NCBI GenBank assembly: GCA_947450095.1
Contig: CANFUF010000006.1
Coordinates: forward strand, 1,004-65,003
Direction of reading: 5' to 3'
Source of the DNA: Roseiflexaceae bacterium
GTDB lineage: Bacteria > Chloroflexota > Chloroflexia > Chloroflexales > Roseiflexaceae
DNA: 64,000 bases
Below, piece after piece: positions 1 to 9,363 of this stretch. The notes beneath the pieces were generated by a model. The model worked only from the letters and a program-made list of their open reading frames with translations. It did not search any database and had not been told where the DNA came from. Numbering within the stretch: the first letter of the stretch is position 1; every line of letters begins with the position of its first letter. The position numbers were made by a program, and so were the translations under genes.

Positions 1-13
1 GGCAATTGGGCAA

Positions 14-253
14 TTACAACACGCTTTGGAGCAATGATGCGATGATGGTCAAGATAACACTGACGACAAGCGGTGACAAATCAATATTGTTGAATGTTAC
101 CTTGGGACGAATTGGCGCAAGTACGGGTTCGGTAATCGGCTTGAGGGCAGTGTTGATGTTGTTGGTGCCATCTTTGTCGATCCACTGCATGATAAAGCGA
201 ATGAACAACAGAAGTTGATAGACCCAAATAACTGTTCCGATAATTCCCATCAT
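14..253 (-). CDS. YggT family small integral membrane protein
   Basis: 79-aa ORF with two hydrophobic segments (IIGTVIWVYQLLLFIRFI, SPLVVSVILTIIASLL) in a YggT-like layout. Lies 12 nt downstream of panE on the same strand. Confidence 0.65.
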   Translation of the reverse strand: MMGIIGTVIWVYQLLLFIRFIMQWIDKDGTNNINTALKPITEPVLAPIRPKVTFNNIDLSPLVVSVILTIIASLLQSVL

Positions 254-265
254 GAACGTGCTCCT

Positions 266-1186
266 TTACGATATACGGCTTTCGGTGGTTGTATCGACAA
301 TGTCCATCATATCACACAGCAGGTGATTAATCGGGACAGAGATACCACAATTGTGGGCATAGCGCACTACTGCACCATTGATGGTTGCAATTTCACTGGG
401 GCTGCCACGCAACACGTCTTGCAATGTCGAAGACCGATTGGCGGCGGTGGCTGTCGCCACATGGAGTACATGTGCGACTGGGTCATCATATGGCAACGTA
501 ATATTGAGTGCCTGTGCCACCGCCACGGCTTCATTGACTGCTTGGGTGAGCAAGGCACGGGCACCAGCATGACTAGCCACCATCCCATTGGGTATGCGCA
601 AAATTCCCGTGAGGGCATTAATCCCGACGTTGACAATCAACTTGCCCCACACGAGGCTGTCCAAATTATCACTGGCGTGGGCTGGCAATCCCCCGTCTGC
701 GAAGGCCGCACTCAGTTGCTGAATCATGGCTGGCGCAAGGGTGGTGGCAAACACCGTATCACCCATGCCAGCATGGCGCACGTGCCCGGGGCCCACTAAT
801 GTTGCGCCGAGCGATGTGACGCCGCGGGTGACCCGCGCGTCGCCGAGTGTTTCGGCTAACACGTCGGCGCCGCCAATGCCGTTTTGGAGCGTCACACAGA
901 TGCCGTGGGGGGCGAGGGCTTGGGCTGCTTGTTGGGCGGCCCAGGCGGTTTGGTGGTATTTCACCAATACCAGCGCCACATTGGCGCCCCCCACGGCCGT
1001 GGCATCAGTGGTGGCGTGGGGGTGGCAGGTGGTGGTGAGGCCGTCACGTTCGCGATGTAGCCCCTGTTGGTTGATGGTGTCGACTTGGGTCTGCCAGCCA
1101 TCAACCAACCATACCTCGTGGTGGGGTGCGAGGTATGAGGCCAGCAGGCACCCCATTGCGCCAGCGCCAATAATCGCTATTTTCAC
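266..1186 (-). CDS. panE: 2-dehydropantoate 2-reductase (ketopantoate reductase, ApbA/PanE family)
   Basis: N-terminal MKIAIIGAGAMGCLLASYL dinucleotide-binding GxGxxG. C-terminal SSTLQDVLRGSPSEIATINGAVV resembles the ApbA_C motif. GTG start overlaps the panB stop (GTGA). Confidence 0.85.
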   Translation of the reverse strand: MKIAIIGAGAMGCLLASYLAPHHEVWLVDGWQTQVDTINQQGLHRERDGLTTTCHPHATTDATAVGGANVALVLVKYHQTAWAAQQAAQALAPHGICVTLQNGIGGADVLAETLGDARVTRGVTSLGATLVGPGHVRHAGMGDTVFATTLAPAMIQQLSAAFADGGLPAHASDNLDSLVWGKLIVNVGINALTGILRIPNGMVASHAGARALLTQAVNEAVAVAQALNITLPYDDPVAHVLHVATATAANRSSTLQDVLRGSPSEIATINGAVVRYAHNCGISVPINHLLCDMMDIVDTTTESRIS

Positions 1187-2022
1187 GCGTCGGCCTCGAG
1201 GCGGCGCAACAACTCGGCATCAATCGGGAAGCTGTTTTCGGCACCGGGGAATTGGCCATTGAGCACATCTTGGTGATATTGTTGCATGCCGTTTTGAATG
1301 AGCTGACCTGCCTCAGCATAGCGTTTGCCAAAGGGCAACCCAAAGCCGGGGAACATGCCAAACATTTCGTGGGTGACCAACACTTGTCCGTCACAGCCAA
1401 TTCCTGCCCCGATTCCGATAGTGGGGACTTTGAGGCGCGAAGTGATGTAGGCGGCCAAATCAGCAGGCACTGCTTCCATCAACACACACCAACATCCTGC
1501 GGCTTCCATCGCCAAGGCATCATCCAAAATCCGTTTGGCGGCGGCGTAGTTTTGGCCACCGATGACGTTGATACCACCAAGGCTGGCAGCAGTTTGGGGT
1601 GTCAATCCAATATGGGCGATAACGGCAATCCCGGCATCGACGATGGCTTTGGCAGTGGGCGCTTGTTTGCTCGTCCCTTCCAATTTGACACAATCCATAC
1701 CTGCTTCTTTGATGAGGCGGCCGGCGTTGCGGATGGCTTCGCTGATGTCGGCTTGATAGGCCATAAATGGCATATCACCGACCAACAAACAGTTTTTGGC
1801 GGTGCGGCCGACTGCTTTGCAATGGTGCACCATTTCATCCATGGTGACGGGTGAGGTGCCACTATAGCCCAGCATGACCATGCCCAACGAATCGCCGACC
1901 AGGATCATTTCGACCCCAGAATCGTCGACGAGGCGGGTAAACGGCGCATCATAGGCGGTGAGCATGGCGAATTTGCGTTTGCCTTTGAGCGATTGAATAA
2001 AGGGGATGGTTACCTTGGCCAT
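1183..2022 (-). CDS. panB: 3-methyl-2-oxobutanoate hydroxymethyltransferase
   Basis: Motif MLTAYDAPFTRLVDDSGVEMILVGDSLGMVMLGY is typical PanB. Internal ATG at 2022 is preceded by GGAG; the 327-aa track ORF has an implausible N-terminal extension. Confidence 0.9.
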   Translation of the reverse strand: MAKVTIPFIQSLKGKRKFAMLTAYDAPFTRLVDDSGVEMILVGDSLGMVMLGYSGTSPVTMDEMVHHCKAVGRTAKNCLLVGDMPFMAYQADISEAIRNAGRLIKEAGMDCVKLEGTSKQAPTAKAIVDAGIAVIAHIGLTPQTAASLGGINVIGGQNYAAAKRILDDALAMEAAGCWCVLMEAVPADLAAYITSRLKVPTIGIGAGIGCDGQVLVTHEMFGMFPGFGLPFGKRYAEAGQLIQNGMQQYHQDVLNGQFPGAENSFPIDAELLRRLEADA

Positions 2023-2083
2023 GAGTGACTCCTTTGTCAATACACCGGGAATTTCACGCGGTGTTTGGTTTATTTTACGGTAA

Positions 2084-3325
2084 TTATGCGGGATGTTGAT
2101 ATGTCTGCAAAAAATGCAAGGCGGCATGTACATAGACCGCCGCGGCCCGCTCGACTTCCGCCACAATCACGTATTCGTTGGGCTGATGGGGGATGCGTTT
2201 GCCGCCGGGGCCATACACTACCACCGGCACTCCGGCATCGCGGGTGATAATCGTGCCATCCGTCGACCCAGGTACGCCGCCGAATGGCGCCTCTTGCTGG
2301 TAGACGGTGCGATGCCCATGCTGGAGTGATTGTACCAACGGGTGATCGGCGGCGATTTCGGTCGAAGGACGATCATCGATGATACTGACGGCAAACCGAA
2401 AGGCACTATCGATTTGCTGTACTTCGTGCATTAGTTCCTCGACCCGCGCCACAATCGCCGGGTGTGATACCCCTGGAATGGTGCGAATGTCGAGGTAGGC
2501 GTCACAGCTGTCGGGGAGCACGTTGATTTGGCTGGCTTCGCCACTAATCGGGGCGCGGGCCACCGTGGGACTGAGGTAGATTTTGCCCAGCAATGGGTGC
2601 TCACCATGTGCCGCCCGTAATTCGGTTTGGATGCCTAGGACGCGATGCAACAGCTGAATCATACCGGTGAGGGCATTGACTCCTTCTTCGGGCATGGCGC
2701 CGTGGGCGACCCGCCCAAACGACTCGAGTTTGAGCCGCAGTGCCCCTTTTTGAGCAATACAGACTTCATGTTCTTCGGGCTCACAGATAATCGCCCCGGC
2801 GGCACCATGGGCATGACCACTCGCCACGATATCTTTGATGCCAATCATCAACCCTTCTTCGTCCACGGGGATGAGTAAGCGGATGGTACCGGCAAATTGG
2901 GCACCTGCCAGTTGGATGGCCCGTACCGCATACAGCATCGCCGCCACCCCCCCTTTCATGTCGGCGGTACCCCGGCCATACATACGGCCATCGACGATCG
3001 TGGCACCAAAGGGGTCGTACTGCCACGCACTACGATCACCCGGTGTGACTACATCGGTATGTCCTTCAAACAACAGCAACGGTCCTGCGCCGGCGTTGCC
3101 GCGTAACTCGGCCACGATATTAGGGCGCCCTGGGGCCACTTCCCAGCGTTGCGGCTGTAAGCCCCATTCGTCGAGTAGGTCATAGATCAGGGTGGCGGCG
3201 GCAGTTTCATTGGCGCCGGCTACCCCCGGCAAGTAGACACTGGGGGTTTGTACGAGAGTAGTGAGAAAGGCAATCATGCCAGCGTTGTCGAGGTGTGCCA
3301 ACGCGTGAGTGGTGGTATCTGTCAT
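2084..3325 (-). CDS. M20 family metallohydrolase (ArgE/DapE/ACY1-type deacylase/peptidase)
   Basis: LLLFEGHTDVVTPGD...W.YDPF, GRGTADMKGG, and the EE of VDEEGL are M20 metal and catalytic signatures. 413 aa. Confidence 0.8.
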   Translation of the reverse strand: MTDTTTHALAHLDNAGMIAFLTTLVQTPSVYLPGVAGANETAAATLIYDLLDEWGLQPQRWEVAPGRPNIVAELRGNAGAGPLLLFEGHTDVVTPGDRSAWQYDPFGATIVDGRMYGRGTADMKGGVAAMLYAVRAIQLAGAQFAGTIRLLIPVDEEGLMIGIKDIVASGHAHGAAGAIICEPEEHEVCIAQKGALRLKLESFGRVAHGAMPEEGVNALTGMIQLLHRVLGIQTELRAAHGEHPLLGKIYLSPTVARAPISGEASQINVLPDSCDAYLDIRTIPGVSHPAIVARVEELMHEVQQIDSAFRFAVSIIDDRPSTEIAADHPLVQSLQHGHRTVYQQEAPFGGVPGSTDGTIITRDAGVPVVVYGPGGKRIPHQPNEYVIVAEVERAAAVYVHAALHFLQTYQHPA

Positions 3326-3328
3326 CAG

Positions 3329-4165
3329 TTATATTCCCATTGTCCGGCCAATATAGGCTCCCAAACCCCCAAACAGTAATACAATCACCCCGGCAATGAC
3401 ATCGCGGGCCGTAGCGTGCATGGTGCGGCGCTTGGTGCGCCCTTCGCCGCCCCGATAACAGCGGGCGTTCATGGCGACAATCAAAATCTCGGCGCGACTC
3501 AAGGCATTGACAAATAGGGGAATCAACACCGGTACCAGTTTGCGGGTACGGGCGATGACGCTGCCTTGATCAAACCGCACGCCCCGGGCGATTTGGGCGC
3601 GCATCAGGCGCTCGAGTTCGGTAATCAGCAAGGGCACAAATTTGAGCGCAATCGTCATCGTCATCACAAATTCGTTGACAGGGAATTTGAGTTTTTTGAG
3701 GGGATCCATCATGATTTCGGCACCATCAGACAAATCCATCATGGTGGTGGTAAACATCAATGTATTGATTGAATGATAGAGCACAATCACGCGACTGAGC
3801 GTAAAAATACCGCCGAGGATGCCTTCGTACGACACCGACAAAATCCACCAGCGCCAGTAATAGTGCATTTCTACGCCCGGTATTGCCTGATAAAACAAGA
3901 CCTGGAACGGTACAAAAAAGAGCATGGTACGAAACAACAAGCGGTAACCACGCAACGTATAGCCGATTGGGATGCGGGTGGCGAGTTGTACGATAATCGC
4001 GAGTGCAAATAATGGCGCAATACTAATGAGCCCCCGAGTCATAAAGGCACACGCCATAATCACTGCCGCACAAATCATTTTGGTGCGCGGGTCGAGGTTG
4101 TGTACCGCCGAACGGATATCGATGTATTGACCAAACGTCACATTTCGAGAAAACTCAAGCGACAT
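3329..4165 (-). CDS. ecfT: Energy-coupling factor transporter transmembrane (T) component, CbiQ/EcfT family
   Basis: Polytopic membrane protein directly after the ECF ATPase gene. ATG at 4165 (MSLEFSRN) is preceded by GGAGG and overlaps the ecfA stop by 11 nt. Confidence 0.85.
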   Translation of the reverse strand: MSLEFSRNVTFGQYIDIRSAVHNLDPRTKMICAAVIMACAFMTRGLISIAPLFALAIIVQLATRIPIGYTLRGYRLLFRTMLFFVPFQVLFYQAIPGVEMHYYWRWWILSVSYEGILGGIFTLSRVIVLYHSINTLMFTTTMMDLSDGAEIMMDPLKKLKFPVNEFVMTMTIALKFVPLLITELERLMRAQIARGVRFDQGSVIARTRKLVPVLIPLFVNALSRAEILIVAMNARCYRGGEGRTKRRTMHATARDVIAGVIVLLFGGLGAYIGRTMGI

Positions 4166-5921
4166 GCGTGCCTCCTTGGGTGGTGCCATAGCGTTGCACA
4201 ATTACATCGCGTAGCTCATCGACATGCAACAAATTGGTGGGCATATCGCTGATATGTTGGCGGAGCACGCGGGCAATTTCGGCCGTTTCACTCAATTCCA
4301 AGCCAATCCCATGCAACATATCGGCATCGTTGAGCAATTCGCGCAACGTGCCTTGATCGACAACCCGCCCCTCGTGCATCACGATGGCACGGTCGGCCAA
4401 CTCGGCCAGTTCGTCGATGGTATTACCCACGAGGATGACGGTCAAATTGCGCTCTTTGGTCAAGCGGGCAATCAAATTGGCCAGCTCGGTGCGGCCACGC
4501 GGATCAAGCCCCGCCACCGGCTCATCAAGGATGAGCACCTCGGGCTGGCTAGCCAGGACACCGGCAATCGCTACGCGCCGTTTTTGACCACCACTCAAGG
4601 CATAGACATACCGCAAACGAAACGTCTGGTAATCGAGCCCTACCGCCGTCAAACATTCTTCGACAATCGCCCGTGATTGTTCGGGGGGCAGCCCGCGCCG
4701 TCGTGGCGAAAAAGAGACATCTTTGCCGACGGTTTCTTCAAATAATTGCGTTTCGGGTTGTTGGAACACGATGCCGATGCGGTCACGCAATGCCCCAATA
4801 TCATACCCTTTGGCAAATATCTCTTTGCCATCAACGGTTATCGTCCCGTGTTGTGGTTTGCGGAGCCCATTGATGCATTCAATCAAGGTACTTTTGCCGG
4901 CCTGGGTGCCTCCCAAGAGCGCCACGATTTCGCCTTTGCCTATCTGACAGGTCGCGCCACTCAGCCCCACACTGGCCATCGGTGTCCCTTGCATATAGGT
5001 GAAATGCACGTTGTCGATAGCGATGATGGTATCGTGGGTGCGTTGCGGCGGTTGGTCGGTGGGTTGGAGTGGTCTGGTCACCCCGATGTCTTGGCGTGGT
5101 AATGGTACCAAGGCATCACGCAGTTGATTGGGCGTCAATACGGGCTGGGGGATGGTGATGCCGTGGTGCATCAGTTGGGCCCCGAGGCGGGTTACCAGTG
5201 GTACATCGAGCCCCACCTGGCGGAGCTCATTGGCCCGCAGAAAGACATCCTGTGGTGTACCATCCATAAACACGTTGCCACCATCCATCACAATAATGCG
5301 GTCGAAATCGACCACTTCGTGCATGAAGTGGGTGATGTGAATTACACTCACGCCATGATTGTCACGCAATTCATGGGCCAGGCGCAGTAAGTTGCGCGCG
5401 AGTGGCGGTGCAATCATAGTCGTGGGTTCATCGAGGATCAGACAGGCGGGTTGCATTGCCAGTACCCCGGCAATTGCTACCCGCTGACGCTCGCCCCCCG
5501 ACAAGCTACTAATCTGGGAGTTGGCGAGGGCACTTAGTCCGAGTGAGGCGAGGATTGCTTGGACGCGGGCTTCGATTTGTTCCCGGGGCATTCCCAGATT
5601 TTCGGGGCCAAAGGCAATATCGTCGATGACGCGATTGGCCACCAGTTGGTCATCGGGGCGTTGGAACACCAATCCCACTTGGCGGCGGATGTCATACGCC
5701 GAATCTTCGGTCAATGTGACTCCATTGACTTCGACCCGCCCACTGGTGGGCATATACACCGCTGCGAGTACTTTGGCAAGGGTACTTTTGCCACTGCCGT
5801 TATGCCCGAGCAGTGCCACTAATTCACCTGGCTTAATGGTGAGATTGACTCCTTTGAGGGCATGGATGGCATCGTCGCGCCCTGCATTGTAGTCATAGGT
5901 TAAATCGGTGAGTTGTATCAT
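4155..5921 (-). CDS. ecfA: Fused duplicated ECF/ABC ATPase (EcfA1-EcfA2 in one polypeptide)
   Basis: Two Walker A sites (GHNGSGKST, GGTQAGKST) and two ABC signatures (LSGGERQRVAIAG, LSGGQKRRVAIAG). Start taken at MIQLTDLTYDY. Confidence 0.9.
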   Translation of the reverse strand: MIQLTDLTYDYNAGRDDAIHALKGVNLTIKPGELVALLGHNGSGKSTLAKVLAAVYMPTSGRVEVNGVTLTEDSAYDIRRQVGLVFQRPDDQLVANRVIDDIAFGPENLGMPREQIEARVQAILASLGLSALANSQISSLSGGERQRVAIAGVLAMQPACLILDEPTTMIAPPLARNLLRLAHELRDNHGVSVIHITHFMHEVVDFDRIIVMDGGNVFMDGTPQDVFLRANELRQVGLDVPLVTRLGAQLMHHGITIPQPVLTPNQLRDALVPLPRQDIGVTRPLQPTDQPPQRTHDTIIAIDNVHFTYMQGTPMASVGLSGATCQIGKGEIVALLGGTQAGKSTLIECINGLRKPQHGTITVDGKEIFAKGYDIGALRDRIGIVFQQPETQLFEETVGKDVSFSPRRRGLPPEQSRAIVEECLTAVGLDYQTFRLRYVYALSGGQKRRVAIAGVLASQPEVLILDEPVAGLDPRGRTELANLIARLTKERNLTVILVGNTIDELAELADRAIVMHEGRVVDQGTLRELLNDADMLHGIGLELSETAEIARVLRQHISDMPTNLLHVDELRDVIVQRYGTTQGGTHVA

Positions 5922-5990
5922 GCCTATACCTTTAAACCGGCAAGCCACACCTGCACGGGTGACTTGCCGGTAGTCGGGGATTCCGCAAAA

Positions 5991-6542
5991 TTAGTAGTTG
6001 CCGTCTTTGGTATCGGCGGCGGTGGTGCGCCCTGAGCGTACCAAATTGACGCCTTGGGCGACCAATACCGTAATAATTGCCGCCAACACCACTTCAACCA
6101 ATGCTTGCGGGACAATCGTGGGGATGGCAGCCGCGGGGATTAACCCAAATGCGACTAATGCACCAACCACCAAAATCGTGTTGGTCAAGGTCCCAACCAC
6201 ACCGGCTGCTGCTGCCGCTACGGCCCCATTGCCGCCTGACAGTGATTTGTAGGTGTAGTATGACGTCACACCAATCAACAATCGCGGTAATACGGATACG
6301 ATTGGATTGGTAAACAACCCGGTGGTGTCGGTAACCATACTATAAATGCCAAAGATTGCCCCAACGAGTACTCCGACAATTGGTCCTTCGAGTACCGCAC
6401 CCAAAATTACCGGGATGTGCATGATGGTCGCACTACCGCTCAAGTTGGGGACCGGGATGAACCCCAATTGTGTCACACCGAGCACAATTGCAATGGCGCT
6501 CAAGACACCGGCGACCACGATTTGGCGAACGTTGATCTTCAT
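5991..6542 (-). CDS. ECF transporter substrate-specific (S) component, specificity unknown
   Basis: Roughly 180-aa Gly/Ala/Val-rich protein with about 6 TM segments immediately upstream of ecfA-ecfT. Start at MKINVRQ (6542) is uncertain; an alternative ATG lies at 6560. Confidence 0.7.
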   Translation of the reverse strand: MKINVRQIVVAGVLSAIAIVLGVTQLGFIPVPNLSGSATIMHIPVILGAVLEGPIVGVLVGAIFGIYSMVTDTTGLFTNPIVSVLPRLLIGVTSYYTYKSLSGGNGAVAAAAAGVVGTLTNTILVVGALVAFGLIPAAAIPTIVPQALVEVVLAAIITVLVAQGVNLVRSGRTTAADTKDGNY

Positions 6543-6607
6543 TGACAGGTTCCCTTTCATCGTTACTACAAACCCAATATGGCGTCGAGGCAATTCCTCG
6601 TTTCACC

Positions 6608-7564
6608 CTAGAGATCGCGCATCGCCGGCATCCCTGCCATGCTGGTGGCCATTACCACGCTGCGCTCGATGGCCGCTGCTACCACATCGGCCGCTACACT
6701 CCCCAATTGCACCATGGCTGGGGCGGGACGTTGATTGGTCGCCACCGTAAAAATCACATCGCCATCAAACGGCGTATGAATCGGTTTAATTGCCCGTGCC
6801 ATGCCATCTTGAGCCATTTGGGCCACTTTGCGACATTCGCTTTTGCTGAGGGTGGCATCGGTGGCGACCACCACCAAGGTCGTGTTGCCCCCGTTAAACT
6901 CGGGCACCGCATGCCCGCCACGGAGCTGGGCCGCCATATCAAAAAACTGCCCACTCGGTAAGCGGGTACCGGCGATGATTTGGCCGGTGCGCTCGCGGTA
7001 GATATCCCCAAAGGCGTTGTTGACGACCAAGGCGGCGACGGTCGTGCCGTCGGGTAAGGTGATGGCATAGCTCCCGATGCCACTTTTCATGCAGCCACTT
7101 GGTCCCAGCATTTTGCCGACACTCGCGCCCATCCCCGCCCCCACACATCCCTCGATGACAGGGTCCTCACTGGCAGCGTTACAGGCTTCGTAGCCCATAT
7201 CGGGGGTGGCATACGCCAAAGGATTGCCACAACCCAAATCAAAAATCACCGCGGCGGGCACAATCGGCACTTTGGTCACCGCCACATCGAAGCCAATGTC
7301 TTTTTGGCGGAGCCAGCGCATCACGCCATCCGCAGCCGCCAACCCAAAGGCACTCCCGCCACACAACGTGATGGCATGGATGTGTTGGACGGTGCATTCG
7401 GGGGCGAGTAAATCCGTTTCACGGGTGCCAGGGGCACCACCACGCACATCCACACTGGCGGTGGTGTGGTCGGGTAACAAAATCACGGTACAACCCGTTA
7501 AGGCTTCTGCATCATCTGCATGACCTACACGAATCCCGCTGACCCTCGTCAACGTAGCCTGCAT
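6608..7564 (-). CDS. P1 (S58, DmpA/BapA-type) family aminopeptidase
   Basis: GIRVGHADD, GCTVILLP, RGGAPGTRETDLL and LCGGSAFGLAAADGVMRWL match the DmpA/P1 peptidase pattern. First gene of the co-directional array. Confidence 0.8.
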   Translation of the reverse strand: MQATLTRVSGIRVGHADDAEALTGCTVILLPDHTTASVDVRGGAPGTRETDLLAPECTVQHIHAITLCGGSAFGLAAADGVMRWLRQKDIGFDVAVTKVPIVPAAVIFDLGCGNPLAYATPDMGYEACNAASEDPVIEGCVGAGMGASVGKMLGPSGCMKSGIGSYAITLPDGTTVAALVVNNAFGDIYRERTGQIIAGTRLPSGQFFDMAAQLRGGHAVPEFNGGNTTLVVVATDATLSKSECRKVAQMAQDGMARAIKPIHTPFDGDVIFTVATNQRPAPAMVQLGSVAADVVAAAIERSVVMATSMAGMPAMRDL

Positions 7565-7827
7565 TCCCTGCCTCCATTGGCATCAGTATGACCTCATAGT
7601 CATGTGCAAAAATGAGCGTTGTATTTAGTTCGTACATGTAGTGCCAAGACTGTACCACACAGATTATCTGCTTGTCAATAGTCTCTTGATGTTTACTTTT
7701 TTGATGAAAATATTAGCCCGCGGTCGGTGAATATAACACCCAAAAATCATTCTGTTGCGGTTGTGTGCAAAAGGCAGTGACGATGCAGTGTTATGATACA
7801 GAGAACAATTATTGAATGAGGATTAAT

Positions 7828-8616
7828 ATGATTGCACCTGGTCTGCTCCGTAGCACATTGACGACCCGCCCCTGCTACTCGACGTTTGTGATGCTCCAAG
7901 ACCCGTTGGTCATCCCATTGCTCAAAAACGCCGGCTTTGATTTTTTGATTATTGACCACGAGCACATCCCCATGAGCCCAGATATGGTAGCGAACCTGGT
8001 CACTGCCGCACGCACCCACGGTATCGCGACAATTGTGCGGGTACGTGATTTGTCACGGGGTGCCATCCAACATGCCCTCGAAACCGGCGCCGATGGTGTG
8101 ATGATCCCCATGGTCGAAAGCGCTACCCAAGCCCGCTTGGCCGTCGAATGGAGCAAATACCCGCCCCACGGTACCCGGGGTTTGCACACCTTGTCGCAAG
8201 CATTTCTGCTTGACCAAACCAGTGTGGCCGGCTATCCGCCACCCCCTCACGCTACGCTCAACTACCCCCAGCGCATGAATGAACAAGTGGTAGTAGTGGT
8301 GCAAATCGAAACCGACCGTGGCCTTGCCGCCCGTGAAGAAATCTGTGCCGTGCCCGGTGTCGATGTGGTGTTTATTGGCACCTCCGATTTGAGCCAGTCG
8401 TTGGGCGTGTCGATGCAGAGCAGTGAATTTACTACTGCGGTGCAATCGATTATTATTAGCGCCCAACAAGCCGCCAAAACCGTCGGCATTATCGGTGGTT
8501 CAGCCGATGCCTTACAGCCATTTGTCGACGCAGGGGTCAATTTTTTAACACTTGCCGTCGATGGGGCCTTACTCATGCATGGCGCCAAAACCTTGTTAAC
8601 GCGTTCCTCAGAATAA
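7828..8616 (+). CDS. HpcH/HpaI family aldolase (2-keto-3-deoxy-acid aldolase type)
   Basis: GFDFLIIDHEH, IVRV, GADGVMIPMVES and PPHGTRG are characteristic of HpcH/HpaI aldolases. Start chosen at ATG 7828 (GAGGA 5 nt upstream); the track ORF starts at 7816. Confidence 0.8.
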   Translation: MIAPGLLRSTLTTRPCYSTFVMLQDPLVIPLLKNAGFDFLIIDHEHIPMSPDMVANLVTAARTHGIATIVRVRDLSRGAIQHALETGADGVMIPMVESATQARLAVEWSKYPPHGTRGLHTLSQAFLLDQTSVAGYPPPPHATLNYPQRMNEQVVVVVQIETDRGLAAREEICAVPGVDVVFIGTSDLSQSLGVSMQSSEFTTAVQSIIISAQQAAKTVGIIGGSADALQPFVDAGVNFLTLAVDGALLMHGAKTLLTRSSE

Positions 8617-8858
8617 CCAAATCGTCTGATTGTCGATGCGTGCACCTGGAATCCCGCCGCTTGACCGTCGTACATCTGCAACTGCGGTCGCTAGGTTATC
8701 GGCAAATGATACCTACATCGCAAGTAGGTTACTATCGGCGAGGGTGACGATTTCGGGTGCGCTTGTAGTAGAATCCAATTGGATTAGTCCAGACTACCCC
8801 ATCAGCGGAATTTGTCACCCACGTACTGTCTTGGTTCGCGGTGGGTTGATTGGGTCTC

Positions 8859-9221
8859 TTATCGGGGCGTAGGCGTATACATTCCGTTGATGAGTGGCAT
8901 CGATGCTGTGGCACATTGTGTGATGATTGCTACTTCGGTGGCATTAGGGAGTTCTCCCGATTGGACAATTTGGGGTACGCGTTTTTTGCCTATTTGCGCG
9001 CCCACACAGATTTTTTGCTCCATATTCATGGCACGCATGGTCAGCACTAACGCATTTATTACGGTTGCTGTGGGTTGTTGCGCAGTAGGGGTGGTGATTG
9101 TTTGTGTGGTTGTTGGGACTGTTGCAGGTACGGTGGTGTTTGTTAAGGTTGTCGGGAGCGACATTCTACAACTACTGCTGATGCTTGCAACCAGTGCCAA
9201 AAATAGAAAAATACGTATCAT
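8859..9221 (-). CDS. Hypothetical small secreted or lipid-anchored Thr-rich protein
   Basis: Internal ATG at 9221 with upstream GGAG gives MIRIFLFLALVASISSSC (signal-peptide or lipobox-like), followed by a Thr/Pro-rich stretch. No family recognised. Confidence 0.45.
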   Translation of the reverse strand: MIRIFLFLALVASISSSCRMSLPTTLTNTTVPATVPTTTQTITTPTAQQPTATVINALVLTMRAMNMEQKICVGAQIGKKRVPQIVQSGELPNATEVAIITQCATASMPLINGMYTPTPR

Positions 9222-9311
9222 GGAAGTCTCCATAATTGCAAGATTTACACAATAATATGCTGTTAGTATATGGTATTTATAATGAGTAAATGTCATAATT
9301 ACGGTACGGTA

Positions 9312-9320
9312 TGATATAAT
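9312..9320 (+). promoter_or_regulatory. Candidate extended -10 promoter element (TGnTATAAT) for the 926-aa gene
   Basis: tgatataat lies at 9312-9320 in an AT-rich divergent intergenic region, about 44 nt upstream of ATG 9364. The -35 is weak. Confidence 0.35.
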
Positions 9321-9363
9321 TTATACTAATCTTTGCGTTATTCTTTTAGAAATCGAGGGTAAT

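Noticed and set aside
8617-8858. Possible small gene or tRNA in the 242-nt gap after the aldolase gene (track ORFs 8630..8872 plus strand, 8732..8914 minus strand)
   Set aside because: There is no SD/start context or recognisable protein features. Only short local hairpins (acctac/gtaggt, aatcc/ggatt) are present, with no cloverleaf and no T-loop GGTTCGAATCC-type motif.
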